The notes: generated by a model not told the origin, from the sequence alone. A stretch of 41,251 nucleotides of DNA from Bacteroidales bacterium (GCA_051650425.1 JBOFIZ010000396.1:1-41251), one strand, 5' to 3'. Shown: positions 1-10,195, counted from the first letter of the stretch. Numbers and translations are program-made.

Positions 1-1489
1 AAAAGCGTACTTTTTTATTTCGTTTTGTTGATTTCCTATGCAATGAAAGTTCTATTTTCTCTATAAAAGCAGGCACAAAAAACAAAGCAACAAAGAGTGA
101 AATAAAAAGATTTACGATTACTACAGCTGCAAAATCCAAAAGATTTAATCTCACCTCATCGTCCAGAAAGAAAACGATCATCAATGCTCCGATTGTTGTC
201 AACGTCGCTGCCAGAATAGATAAGAAGGCTTTTAAATTCTTTCTATGAAGCAAGTGATCGGTCATTACGATTGTATTATCTATGATCAGACTTAAAGAAA
301 TGGTTATACCTGCTAACGAATATAGCTGAATCTCCAGTCCAAGCATCCAGTACATGATAAATGCAATCGAAAGATTGACAATAAGACTGATAACAATCAG
401 AAATAAATATTTCCAACTGCGTGTAATCATAAGCACAAACAACAATAGGATAAGGATCGTAAATCCTGATCTTACATAAATCTTATGCAATTCTTTGCCT
501 ATGAACTCCGTTGCATCGTAACTTGTATATATTTGAAATCCTTGAGGCAAATCCTGTTTTAACTGATCAATCAAAGTCTTAATCTGATCGCCGATATGCA
601 ACTGATTAGCTTGCTCTTCAGCTGTAATATTCAAATAAACAGCGCTCATACCATTTATTCTGAAATAACTTCGGGGTTGCACTTCTTCATGCTGTACTTT
701 GACTAACTGATCAAGTGACAGTAAATTGTCTGATTTATCTCTTAACCATATAGATGATGGGTCAAACTTATCTTCTTCGTTATCTTGTTTTAAAACAACA
801 CGAATCTGATTCGTATCATTATCAGTTAGCGATGCAACTCCAATAAAACTATTTTTATAATGCTTAGCAATCGCATCTTTTATCTGACCTACAGTCAGCC
901 CATGCTGTTTAAGCAGATTATTATCATAAGTTATACTCCATTGCATGGGTTGAGCACCTGACACATCTATTGAATATATACCCGGAATCTTCAGAAGTTC
1001 AGGCTTTATACAATTATCCACATAACGACTGATTTCGAGAGGTGTCGAGGGTGCATTAATTGTAAATGTAAGAAATGGTCTGTTAGCTTTCTCATCGGGT
1101 CTACGCACAGATACAACCGGATAAGTGGCATTAGTCGGCATAAGAGGCCACATCTGACGAACAATCGTAGACGCTTCAAAACGCGCCATATCCATTGATG
1201 TATGCTTGTCAAATGATATATCTACTCTCCCCCATCCATTTCCCGAAGTAGATTCAATACCCTTAACCCCTTTCATCCGAGCCAGCATAGACTCCAGCTT
1301 CGATGTTACTTCTATCTCTACTATTCGCGAAGAGCTGCCATTCATAGTAAACGAAACACTCAAAGAAGGCAGTACTTGCGAAGGTGCCAGTTTAACCGGG
1401 AGCAGTGGTAAGAACGATAGACCTACTAAGGCAATGGCAAGAAACAGTACAATCCAGGTAAATGATGATATTTTACGTTTTTGTTCCAT
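1..1489 (-). CDS. RND (AcrB-type) efflux permease; N-terminal ~496 codons only, as the ORF runs off the left edge of the window
   Basis: Absent from the ORF track because there is no stop codon inside the window. Manual translation from the ATG at 1489..1487 gives MEQKRKISSFTWIVLFLAIALVGLSFLPLLPVKLAPS...SGNGWGRVDISFDKHTSMDMARFEASTIVRQMW... The frame is still open at position 2 (...EKIELSLHRKSTKRNKKVRF). Layout is an N-terminal TM helix, a large soluble loop and then a hydrophobic helix block (ITISLSLIIDNTIVM), as in ACR_tran pumps. The ATG lies 4 nt after the upstream TolC-like stop. Confidence 0.75.
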   Translation of the reverse strand, partial: MEQKRKISSFTWIVLFLAIALVGLSFLPLLPVKLAPSQVLPSLSVSFTMNGSSSRIVEIEVTSKLESMLARMKGVKGIESTSGNGWGRVDISFDKHTSMDMARFEASTIVRQMWPLMPTNATYPVVSVRRPDEKANRPFLTFTINAPSTPLEISRYVDNCIKPELLKIPGIYSIDVSGAQPMQWSITYDNNLLKQHGLTVGQIKDAIAKHYKNSFIGVASLTDNDTNQIRVVLKQDNEEDKFDPSSIWLRDKSDNLLSLDQLVKVQHEEVQPRSYFRINGMSAVYLNITAEEQANQLHIGDQIKTLIDQLKQDLPQGFQIYTSYDATEFIGKELHKIYVRSGFTILILLLFVLMITRSWKYLFLIVISLIVNLSIAFIMYWMLGLEIQLYSLAGITISLSLIIDNTIVMTDHLLHRKNLKAFLSILAATLTTIGALMIVFFLDDEVRLNLLDFAAVVIVNLFISLFVALFFVPAFIEKIELSLHRKSTKRNKKVRF

Positions 1490-1493
1490 GCTG

Positions 1494-2990
1494 CTATTCC
1501 AATCCAATCTTATAATCAAAATTACGGGATAACGATACACCAGTCTCGAAATCAAACAACGTCAGCTTTCGGATTTTGAAATAGCTCACCCAGTAATTTT
1601 TTAATGAACGAATATAGTTTTGTTGAGCCTCTTGTTCTCGTTTCTGAGCAAGAGTTAAACTGTTTACATCAGCTTTACCGATCAGGAATCTCTTTTTAGT
1701 CGCATCGTAAGCAAGTGTAGCAAGGTCTAACGCATTTTCAGCACTTTGAATCATTTTTTGCTGAATATTAAAATCCCCTACTGTCATGATTAAGTCTTCT
1801 TCCAGCTGCAGCTCTTCTTGTTTATTTGAAATCTTCAATACATTCAGATTATTTTTAGCCATATTATGACGTCCCTTCCTTACTCCCCAATCAATCAAAG
1901 GTATAGATATATTTAAGCCTACAATTTCTTGTTGAAGCAAATCCCGATAAGCATTGCCAAAGTTATCTGCCACTTGATTCAGACCAATACTTGCGTTCAC
2001 GCGTGCATTAAACATCGATTCTTTACGGGCTTTATCGACATCTCTTTCAGCTTCTAACTGACTCTCTCTCATCTGTAAAAACTTCGGATTATTTTCGCGC
2101 GCCAGCTGAAGAGCTTTCTCTACAGAAAGATCTACTGAAGTAGGCTTACCCGGAATAATCAGTTTCAGTTGACTATTTTTATCATATCCTAAAAAAGACG
2201 CTAAAGAAAACATAGCCCTGCGCAAAGCAATTTCAGCATTTTGAAATGTATTCTGAGCATTGATTTTATCTAACTCCAGCGTAAGCAAATCAGCTTGAGA
2301 AATAGCTGCAATTTTATGTCTTTCCACACCTATACGGTATAATGTATCGGTAGTCGAGAGATTTTTTTTAGCCAAATCAAATTCAGCCTGAACCATTGCT
2401 AACTCAAAGAAATAGTTGGTGGTTTTCTCTGACGTTGCTTCTAAATTATAAATCAACTCTTTTTTTGCCCGTTCAAACTTTAATGGCTCAATTTTTTTTT
2501 CCCAACGAAAAGCATTGTATCCGATCAAACTTTGCTCATATCCGATACGTATAGGCACAGTATTAAACTGCGAATATTTATTATCTCCGAAATTATACAT
2601 ATACCCTAATTCGGAATCCACAAAAAAAGTACCTCCTGTTAAATCAAAGTTTTGTTTGATTGCCAGATTTAAAGAGGAGGATATTGTTTGCTGCTCACGA
2701 TATACATCTATATTCTGATCATAATCATATCGTTTCGTAATATCACGATAAAATTGTACCGGATTCGTGTTGAGTGTCAGACTTGGTAGTCTATTCGCTT
2801 TGTAAGCCACATGCTGCCAATAATATGCCTGATATAGATTCTTATACCTGAATGCATCCAAAGAACTGTCAGATGCAACTTCTATCGCCTTATTCAAACT
2901 AAGTACGATAGGTCTATTCTGAGCTGTCACAAACGTTGTGCAACATACCCACAGAATAAAAAAGATAATATAAATATTTCTGTTATGCAT
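1494..2990 (-). CDS. TolC-family outer membrane efflux protein
   Basis: ORF 1494..3026. Length and repeated coiled-coil/beta pattern fit the OEP family. A signal-peptide-like MHNRNIYIIFFILWVCCTTFVTAQ begins at the ATG at 2990, which overlaps the upstream RND stop (ATGCATAA). ATGs at 3026 and 3014 are alternative starts. Confidence 0.85.
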   Translation of the reverse strand: MHNRNIYIIFFILWVCCTTFVTAQNRPIVLSLNKAIEVASDSSLDAFRYKNLYQAYYWQHVAYKANRLPSLTLNTNPVQFYRDITKRYDYDQNIDVYREQQTISSSLNLAIKQNFDLTGGTFFVDSELGYMYNFGDNKYSQFNTVPIRIGYEQSLIGYNAFRWEKKIEPLKFERAKKELIYNLEATSEKTTNYFFELAMVQAEFDLAKKNLSTTDTLYRIGVERHKIAAISQADLLTLELDKINAQNTFQNAEIALRRAMFSLASFLGYDKNSQLKLIIPGKPTSVDLSVEKALQLARENNPKFLQMRESQLEAERDVDKARKESMFNARVNASIGLNQVADNFGNAYRDLLQQEIVGLNISIPLIDWGVRKGRHNMAKNNLNVLKISNKQEELQLEEDLIMTVGDFNIQQKMIQSAENALDLATLAYDATKKRFLIGKADVNSLTLAQKREQEAQQNYIRSLKNYWVSYFKIRKLTLFDFETGVSLSRNFDYKIGLE

Positions 2991-5900
2991 TTTGTTTTTC
3001 TTCTTTTCGTCCATAAATAAAATCATAAGCCAGAGGAATCATAAATAAACTGACAAGTGTTCCCATTCCCATTGCTCCAATTACGGCTATCGCAAACGGC
3101 TTTTGCAACTCGGAGCCCATATCCGAGGTAAATAAAACAGGAACCATCGCAAATATGGTTGTCAAAGATGTCATAACGATCGGACGTAATCGTCTATGCC
3201 CGGCGGTATGGATAGCTTCAATCATAGGCATTCCTTTCTTCCTCAACTCATTGATTGCATCAATCTTCAGGATAGAATCGTTTATTATTATACCACAGGT
3301 CACAATAATACCAATTGAAGACATCAGATTCAACGTATCACCACAAATCCATAATAGCATTAAAGCGAAAGCTATATCGATAGGTATTTCCAATAATACA
3401 ATTAATGGTTGAAGAAAACTTTCGAACTGTGCAGCCAGAATAAAATACATCAATAAAATAGAGATAAATAGGATAATCACCATTTCATTAATCATTTCCT
3501 TGTTTGAAAAATAACTTCCACTCATACGGAGATCCCATTTTTCATCTGCCAGAAACTCCTTTTTCACTGAAGTGATTAATTCTTCTTTACCTTCAATATC
3601 GGTAAAACTGTAACCAATAAACTCTCCATTCTTTCCTGATGTAATCGTTTTAACATCCTCTGCAGGATCAATTTTCAAGATACTTGATAAAGGTATCTCA
3701 GAACGTTGTCCTGTTTTTCTGTCCTGAACAGGTATAAAAGTTTCATGAACAACCTGGTTAATGCTTTTCGTTTTACCAGATAAATTAATTGGGATAAATT
3801 GCTGAAATGATCTGAGCAAAGTTACTTCATTCTCTTTCATTGCTGTACGCAGAAGTTTTTGAACTAAATCAACATCCACATTGTATAAAAGAAGTTTTTC
3901 TTTATCTAAAGTGATATTCACCTGGTTGGCAAAAGCAATTTTAGAGGCTTCATTTTTTGCCACACGTTCAATACGTTCGCCAACCACTCTAATCTCTTCG
4001 GAAGTCGGCACATAGGACCTGTTTTTATAATACATTTCAGTCACTAACTCAGCCTCGCCTGTTTCAAATATACGTTCAAACAGATTTGCAGGAGGATTAA
4101 ACTCCACCGCTGCCTCCGGATACTTGTTTTTCAACCAGGCCTGAATACGTGTTTCAATATCTTTGACTTGTTCTGTTTGATTTACCCGGAAATAAATTTC
4201 GGCTTCACTTGTTGTCAGACTTCTATCCCTATTTAATAAGAATTGTTGCTCACCTATATAACCATTGTTTTCAACCAGATCCGAATGAATAGTCAGAAAC
4301 AATTCATCTACTCTTTTTCTATTTTCCTTCATTGGTATAGGTTCATTCCACTCAATAAAAGCCATACGATCGGTTTGTTTGAGTGCTGGCATACGCTCCT
4401 TTTCTATAATCATAAAGAAGAAAACGCATAATGGTATTACTGCAATAAATATGATTGTATTTAATGTTTTATGCTTAAATGTAAAATCCATTCCAGCTTC
4501 ATATGCTTTATCCAGAAAATTCCCGTGGATTCCCTTCTGAATACTTTTAGGCAATAGAGATCCTTTAAAGAAAACTTTGCCATAAATCAATTTATAAAGG
4601 ACAGGAAGCAACAAGATACCTGTAAAATACGAAACCAATAACCCGACGGTCACAGCAAATGCCTGATCAAAAAAGATCACACCTGCTATTCCACTTAAGA
4701 AAACGAGCGGGATAAACACAGCTATTGTTGTAAGTGCAGAACTTAACATAGGAGTAATCACCTCTGTTGTACCCAGATCACATGCTTCGTCCAGCGAATG
4801 CCCCTGATCTTTGTACTGTGTGATATTTTCAGTCACGATAATCGAACTATCAATCATCATACCTAAAGCAAGTATCAAGCCGGATAATGATACTATATTC
4901 AGAGAAACATTACATAAATAAAAGAATAGAAAGCTGATTATCAAAGAAACAATCATACTTAAGGCAATTACAAAAGGAGATTTCACGTCTCCTAAAAAAA
5001 GAATTGCTACAATGCAGATAAATATGAACCCGATAATCAGATTTTGTTTTAAATTTGAGATCGTATAGTCTAATAGCTCTGTCTGATTCCTGGTAATAGT
5101 AAATTCCATTTCGGGATATTCCGTTTCAAAAGATGCTGTAACTTTATTCAAAGCATCTTTCATCTTCGTCATACTTTCATCAGACTGTTTAATAATTGCT
5201 AAAGTAACGGCCTGCTTACCTTCTGCCACAGACACTCCACGCATATCTTTTGCCCGGATATCAACCAGTGCAATATCTTTCATTCTAAAAATACGATTAT
5301 CTTTACGAATAAGAATGTTTTCCACGTCTTCTTTGGTCCGAAGCAGAGATATCACTTTTATATTATACACATAATATCCATCCTGGACAGACATACTCCC
5401 CGGTTCAATATTGTTCCCCTCTAATGCAGACTCAAGATCTGACAATGACAAACCACTCATTGCCATAATCCGTTCATCGGGAATAATCCTTATCTCTTGT
5501 TTCGTAATCCCTGAAATATCCACCATTGCAACTTCAGGCAACTGCTCTATTCTACGTTTGATTACTGACTCGGCAAATTCGCTAAGCTCCAGGAATGAGC
5601 CTTCATTCGTCTGAGTATAAGCGGAGTCATTTTTTAATGAGATATTTAAACAAAAGACAGGTATATCCGTAGCACTTGCTTTAACAACACGCGGACGCTC
5701 AACATCTCGCGGCAGCCTTGACATTGAGGCATCAATTTTTTCATTAACCTCAATAAATGCAAGATCTGTATCTGTACCAAAATCGAATTTCAATCTGACT
5801 ATTGCAGATCCATCTCTGGTTTCACTGCTTATATCACGCAATCTTCCTACTTGAAGAAGCTGATTGCGAATCGGTCTTACCAGAGTATTCTCCAATTCTC

Positions 5901-6063
5901 GTGCAGAGGTTTGATTCCCACTTATCTGTACTGTGATTTCAGGTATTGCTATATCCGGTAAGAGAGAAACAGGTATTGTAAAATAGGTTATTAAGCCAAT
6001 AATCGTAAATGCTAAAAAAGCCATTATCACAGCAATTGGTCTTTTCAATAAGAATTTAATCAT
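2983..6063 (-). CDS. RND efflux transporter permease (AcrB/HAE family), 1026 aa
   Basis: N-terminus MIKFLLKRPIAVIMAFLAFTIIGLITYFTIPVSLLPDIAIPEITV is canonical ACR_tran. It has a 12-TM architecture with two large periplasmic loops. It overlaps the upstream adaptor gene by 4 nt. Confidence 0.93.
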   Translation of the reverse strand: MIKFLLKRPIAVIMAFLAFTIIGLITYFTIPVSLLPDIAIPEITVQISGNQTSARELENTLVRPIRNQLLQVGRLRDISSETRDGSAIVRLKFDFGTDTDLAFIEVNEKIDASMSRLPRDVERPRVVKASATDIPVFCLNISLKNDSAYTQTNEGSFLELSEFAESVIKRRIEQLPEVAMVDISGITKQEIRIIPDERIMAMSGLSLSDLESALEGNNIEPGSMSVQDGYYVYNIKVISLLRTKEDVENILIRKDNRIFRMKDIALVDIRAKDMRGVSVAEGKQAVTLAIIKQSDESMTKMKDALNKVTASFETEYPEMEFTITRNQTELLDYTISNLKQNLIIGFIFICIVAILFLGDVKSPFVIALSMIVSLIISFLFFYLCNVSLNIVSLSGLILALGMMIDSSIIVTENITQYKDQGHSLDEACDLGTTEVITPMLSSALTTIAVFIPLVFLSGIAGVIFFDQAFAVTVGLLVSYFTGILLLPVLYKLIYGKVFFKGSLLPKSIQKGIHGNFLDKAYEAGMDFTFKHKTLNTIIFIAVIPLCVFFFMIIEKERMPALKQTDRMAFIEWNEPIPMKENRKRVDELFLTIHSDLVENNGYIGEQQFLLNRDRSLTTSEAEIYFRVNQTEQVKDIETRIQAWLKNKYPEAAVEFNPPANLFERIFETGEAELVTEMYYKNRSYVPTSEEIRVVGERIERVAKNEASKIAFANQVNITLDKEKLLLYNVDVDLVQKLLRTAMKENEVTLLRSFQQFIPINLSGKTKSINQVVHETFIPVQDRKTGQRSEIPLSSILKIDPAEDVKTITSGKNGEFIGYSFTDIEGKEELITSVKKEFLADEKWDLRMSGSYFSNKEMINEMVIILFISILLMYFILAAQFESFLQPLIVLLEIPIDIAFALMLLWICGDTLNLMSSIGIIVTCGIIINDSILKIDAINELRKKGMPMIEAIHTAGHRRLRPIVMTSLTTIFAMVPVLFTSDMGSELQKPFAIAVIGAMGMGTLVSLFMIPLAYDFIYGRKEEKQNA

Positions 6064-7133
6064 AGTATTTCTTTTACAAGGACTGGTGATTCATGAGCTA
6101 AATTAAGCGTACCGGATACAACAATAGTATCGCCTTCTGCAATATCTTTATTCTCGATTAAAGTGTAAGAGTCACTATTCTCTAATTCTGTATCTACGTA
6201 GACCCAATAAGCTTTATTTTTAGTCAGACGAAACAATACTTTTCGCCCTGAACGGAGAACAATAGCTTCTTTCGGTACGACTAAAGCTTCCCCTACAGCT
6301 CGTTGAACTTTTACTTTTACATTCATCCCCTCAAAAAGATCTGCATTATTTTGGACAGCTGCCTTAACCTTCACCATCCCTGCTGCATCAACCAATGGAT
6401 TAATTTCGGAAACTATACCCTGAACTTCTTTATCATTATACGCATAAGGAGCTATTCCGACTTTGTTTCCTTTTCGCAGAAGAGGTAATTCGCTTTCGAG
6501 AACCTGAAAATCAATCTCCAAACCTTTTGAACCAATTATTCTGCAAAAGGCTTCACCTGCTTTTGGCTGATTCATTTCTTTTACAAATAAATTCGCTATC
6601 TGCCCATCAAACGGGGCTATCAAGGTTGCATTATCAAACTCATGCTTAGCCAAATTATATTGGATTTTAGAACGATCGTATCCACTCTTGATTTTCGCTA
6701 AATTAAGTATGGATTTTGGAACTCGTATTGTATCGTCCGGACTATAACCCTGTCCAATCAATACATCCTGCAACTCCAGATAAGATCTTTCATGCTCATC
6801 TTTTGCTTGCTTCAGACGATTCTGAAGCTTAAACCTATCTAATATTGCTATCACATCACCTTTTTTGACATGATCCCCGTTTTTGACATTTATCTTTCGG
6901 ACCGGTTCAGCAGATTCAAAATATAAATCGGCTGAATTAGCGGCTACTACTTTCCCATTACTGATTAATTCATGTTTAAAATTCGTCTTCTTTAGTACAC
7001 TTACATTTACTTGATTAGGCTCTGCTACTAATGCTGTTTCAACTCCTTCATCGTTTTTCTTTTCATCTTTATCACCACAAGAAACAACTACAAAAGCACC
7101 TATAAGTAAGCTTACGATCACTTTGTTATCCAT
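6060..7133 (-). CDS. RND efflux periplasmic adaptor (membrane fusion protein, HlyD family) lipoprotein
   Basis: Lipobox VVVSC. Lipoyl-like hairpin NGDHVKKGDVIAILD. Beta-barrel C-terminus. First gene of the MFP-RND-OMF operon. Confidence 0.88.
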   Translation of the reverse strand: MDNKVIVSLLIGAFVVVSCGDKDEKKNDEGVETALVAEPNQVNVSVLKKTNFKHELISNGKVVAANSADLYFESAEPVRKINVKNGDHVKKGDVIAILDRFKLQNRLKQAKDEHERSYLELQDVLIGQGYSPDDTIRVPKSILNLAKIKSGYDRSKIQYNLAKHEFDNATLIAPFDGQIANLFVKEMNQPKAGEAFCRIIGSKGLEIDFQVLESELPLLRKGNKVGIAPYAYNDKEVQGIVSEINPLVDAAGMVKVKAAVQNNADLFEGMNVKVKVQRAVGEALVVPKEAIVLRSGRKVLFRLTKNKAYWVYVDTELENSDSYTLIENKDIAEGDTIVVSGTLNLAHESPVLVKEIL

Positions 7134-7246
7134 AGGTTAATTATGTGTTTTTTTAATAATGTTTGCAAGATAGCTATTCTATTTAATTTTGGAAACCACC
7201 ATTAATCTTATAATATAATTTAACAATAAGTATTTCTATATAAAAA

Positions 7247-7283
7247 GCGAGATTAAGTCTCATAAATCTAGACTTAATCTCGC
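7247..7283 (-). terminator. Rho-independent terminator downstream of the 67-aa ORF
   Basis: Perfect 14-bp inverted repeat GCGAGATTAAGTCT (7247-7260) / AGACTTAATCTCGC (7270-7283) with a 9-nt loop. On the minus strand it is followed by TTTTT (complement of 7242-7246). Confidence 0.7.
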
Positions 7284-7313
7284 TTCTCTGCTTATTCTCA
7301 AACAGGCAAATTA

Positions 7314-7517
7314 TCAAAAATTTTCTGTAATAGCAATTAATTTATGATGCCCTTCCAGACCTTGATTATCCATATCTTCTTTAATTGCATGTTTTGCTAA
7401 AGATTCCATAGCAATATGTTTTGCTTCTTTTTCTTCAGGCACTCCGGTAACATCCATTACAATATCAAATCTTTTTCCGTTTACTTCATAAGTAACGGTA
7501 GCAGTTTTCTTTTTCAT
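7314..7517 (-). CDS. hypothetical small protein (67 aa), no recognisable family
   Basis: Intact ORF with an ATG start and no signal peptide. It is followed by its own strong terminator hairpin and is not overlapped by a better ORF. Confidence 0.5.
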   Translation of the reverse strand: MKKKTATVTYEVNGKRFDIVMDVTGVPEEKEAKHIAMESLAKHAIKEDMDNQGLEGHHKLIAITENF

Positions 7518-7778
7518 AACACAATCATTTTAAAAATTCTATTACCAAAACAGCTTAGAGGGCAGCGTTGTTCAAAGAATTCAGAAATCTTTAAACTTTC
7601 GGACAAAAAGCAGCATATAAACAAATAGACTATTCAATTAAAAATAAATAAAAAAATTGCAGATGTAGATTAATTTAGTTTTATTCGTACTTTAAATGTA
7701 TATTATTTAACTACAATTCAACCTTTTCTAAATCTACGAGAAACATCAACATGGATTATTAAACTTAAAAGAAGGCTA

Positions 7779-10151
7779 ATGAAGAAAATGAAAATGGTCG
7801 TAGCTGCTTTAGCAGTTACATCTTTAACGGTCAGCTGTAAACAAGAGAGTCAAGTGCGCAGCTACAATGAGGGGATTAATATTATTCCTGTACCGTTAGA
7901 ATTGTCGGTAACCGATTCGTTGACAAAATTCACACTAAACAAGAGCACTAAAATTGTAGTCAGTTCTCCGGATTTAGTTCAACCTGCTGCTTTTTTAGCA
8001 TCAAAAATCAAAACATCAACAGGTTATGATTTAGAGTTAACTGAAACAGAAGGTAACAATTCAATCTCAATTTTACTGAATCCCCGTGTACCTGTTGGTC
8101 ATGAAGGTTACTTATTGAAGTCTGACAAAGATGGTGTTGTTATAGAATCCAGAACTCCACAAGGAGCATTCTATGGTATTCAGACATTACTTCAATTGCT
8201 TCCGGCTGAAATTGAAAGCAAAACTCTGGTTAAAGGAATTGACTGGGAAATCCCATCTGTAGATGTAAAAGACGAACCTGCATTTAAATATAGAGGGCTA
8301 ATGCTAGACGTATGTCGTCATTTTGCAAGTGTCGATTATATCAAAAAGCAATTGGATATTTTAGCTATGTTCAAAATGAACCGCTTTCACTGGCACTTAA
8401 CTGAAGATCAAGCATGGCGCATTGAGATCAAGCAGTACCCAAAGCTTACTGAAATGGGATCACATCGTATCGAAGGAGATGGCCAGAAATACGGACCGTT
8501 TTTCTATACTCAAGAGCAAATTAAAGAAGTGGTTGCTTATGCATCAGAAAGATTTATCGATGTTATTCCTGAAATAGAACTTCCGGGACATGCTTTGGCT
8601 GCTTTAATTGCTTATCCTGAATATTCATGTAAAGGAGGTCCTTTTGAACAACCTCGTATTATTTGGGGAGTTGAAGAAGATGTATATTGTGTAGGTAATG
8701 AGGAAACTTTCACATTCTTAGAAAACGTTTTGACTGAAGTAGCAGGATTATTCCCATCTCAATACTTTCATATCGGTGGTGATGAGTGTCCAAAAGTTCG
8801 CTGGAAAGATTGCCCTAAATGTCAGGCTCTTGCTAAAAAACTAGGACTAAAACCAAAAGATGGGCACAGTGTTGAGGAACAGCTACAGAGCTACGCGGTA
8901 ACACGTGCAGAAAAACACTTATCTTCTCTTGGTAAAAAAATGATCGGATGGGATGAAATCCTTGAAGGTGGTTTGGCTCCGGGAGCAATCGTTATGAGCT
9001 GGAGAGGTGAAGAAGGTGGTATCGCTGCTGCAAATGCAGATCACGAAGTAATTATGACTCCGGGATCAGGTGGTTTATACATTGACCATTTACAAGGTGC
9101 TGCAGAAGTAGAACCTACATCCATCGGTGGTTATGCTCCATTGGAAAAAACCTATAGCTATAATCCAATTCCTAAAAACCTACCTGCTGACAAGCATAAG
9201 TATATTTTAGGAGCACAAGCAAATATGTGGACTGAATATTGTTTGGATGAAGCGCAAATGGATTATATGATTTATCCAAGAATCATTGCAGTTGCTGAAG
9301 CTACATGGTCTCCTGATTCGAAGAAAGACTGGAATTCATTCGCAAAACGAATTAATAACGCTTATGCAAGACTAGATGCTTATGATGTTAACTACCATAT
9401 TCCAATGCCGGAAGGAACAGTTACATCGAATGTAGTTTTCACGGGTGATACAGTTTCTGTAAATTTCAAAAACACAAGAGATTTACCTATGGTTTACACT
9501 ACCGATGGTTCTGAACCTACAGCTAAATCACAAGTTTACGAATCTCCAATTGTTGTTTCGGCAAATACGGATATTAAAATTGCGACATTGCTACCTACTG
9601 GTAAAATGAGCAAAGTTCGTACAATTAAAGCTGAGAAAAAAGAATTATTACCTGCTATTACCCCTAAAGAAAGTTTGAACGTGAATGTTCCTGCCGGATT
9701 CAAAGTGGGTGAAGGTACAGTTGTTCGTGTAGCTCCGGGCTTATTTACGTCTAATGAAGCTATCAACAATGCACAATTCGGAGAACCAACAATAGCTAAA
9801 GCTTTTACAGGTAAAGATTCGAATGCTCCAAAAACAAATATGAATGAACCAAGTGTCGTAGTTTATGAAGGATATGTAGAGTTCCCTGAAGATGGAATTT
9901 ACACTCTAACAACGGACATGGATCAACTTTGGATTGATGGACAATTAGTTATCGAAAATGAGAAATTAAGTCGTCATAATAAGTCTAAAGCACAAATCGG
10001 TTTAGCTAAAGGTAAACATGCTTACAAATTGATCTTTAATAATTACATTAAAGATGGATGGCCTAATAACTGGTCTCCTGTAGGATTTATGTTTAAAGCA
10101 CCTTCTGCTGACAAATTCCAAAATGTTACACCTGAAATGTTGACATACTAA
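7779..10151 (+). CDS. GH20 beta-N-acetylhexosaminidase lipoprotein with C-terminal accessory domains
   Basis: Lipobox LTVSC. GH20 catalytic block YFHIGGDECPK (D-E pair) plus RFHWHLTEDQAWR. The C-terminal segment MVYTTDGSEPTAKSQVYESPI resembles a chitobiase/hexosaminidase C-terminal module. The last ~140 aa (VVVYEGYVEFPEDGIYTLTTDMDQLWIDGQLV) look PA14-like. Confidence 0.93.
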   Translation: MKKMKMVVAALAVTSLTVSCKQESQVRSYNEGINIIPVPLELSVTDSLTKFTLNKSTKIVVSSPDLVQPAAFLASKIKTSTGYDLELTETEGNNSISILLNPRVPVGHEGYLLKSDKDGVVIESRTPQGAFYGIQTLLQLLPAEIESKTLVKGIDWEIPSVDVKDEPAFKYRGLMLDVCRHFASVDYIKKQLDILAMFKMNRFHWHLTEDQAWRIEIKQYPKLTEMGSHRIEGDGQKYGPFFYTQEQIKEVVAYASERFIDVIPEIELPGHALAALIAYPEYSCKGGPFEQPRIIWGVEEDVYCVGNEETFTFLENVLTEVAGLFPSQYFHIGGDECPKVRWKDCPKCQALAKKLGLKPKDGHSVEEQLQSYAVTRAEKHLSSLGKKMIGWDEILEGGLAPGAIVMSWRGEEGGIAAANADHEVIMTPGSGGLYIDHLQGAAEVEPTSIGGYAPLEKTYSYNPIPKNLPADKHKYILGAQANMWTEYCLDEAQMDYMIYPRIIAVAEATWSPDSKKDWNSFAKRINNAYARLDAYDVNYHIPMPEGTVTSNVVFTGDTVSVNFKNTRDLPMVYTTDGSEPTAKSQVYESPIVVSANTDIKIATLLPTGKMSKVRTIKAEKKELLPAITPKESLNVNVPAGFKVGEGTVVRVAPGLFTSNEAINNAQFGEPTIAKAFTGKDSNAPKTNMNEPSVVVYEGYVEFPEDGIYTLTTDMDQLWIDGQLVIENEKLSRHNKSKAQIGLAKGKHAYKLIFNNYIKDGWPNNWSPVGFMFKAPSADKFQNVTPEMLTY

Positions 10152-10160
10152 AAAGATAAA

Positions 10161-10190
10161 GGCTATCCGAAATATTCCGGATAGCCTTTT
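10161..10190. terminator. Bidirectional terminator between convergent genes
   Basis: GGCTATCCG (10161-10169) / CGGATAGCC (10178-10186) stem with an 8-nt loop. It is flanked by an A-run upstream and TTTTTT downstream. It sits between the GH20 stop (10151) and the DsrE-like stop (10196). Confidence 0.65.
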
Positions 10191-10195
10191 TTATA

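Noticed and set aside
1006-1532. Two short ORFs from the track (1006..1212 - and 1206..1532 +)
   Set aside because: Both lie inside, or antisense to, the long open minus-strand frame. That frame encodes a clear RND permease N-terminus (1..1489) and explains the region far better.
7665-7737. GTAGATT ... AATCTAC inverted repeat flanking ~60 bp upstream of the GH20 gene
   Set aside because: Only 7 bp match perfectly and the extension is gapped. In AT-rich intergenic DNA this is within chance expectation, and no recombinase is nearby.
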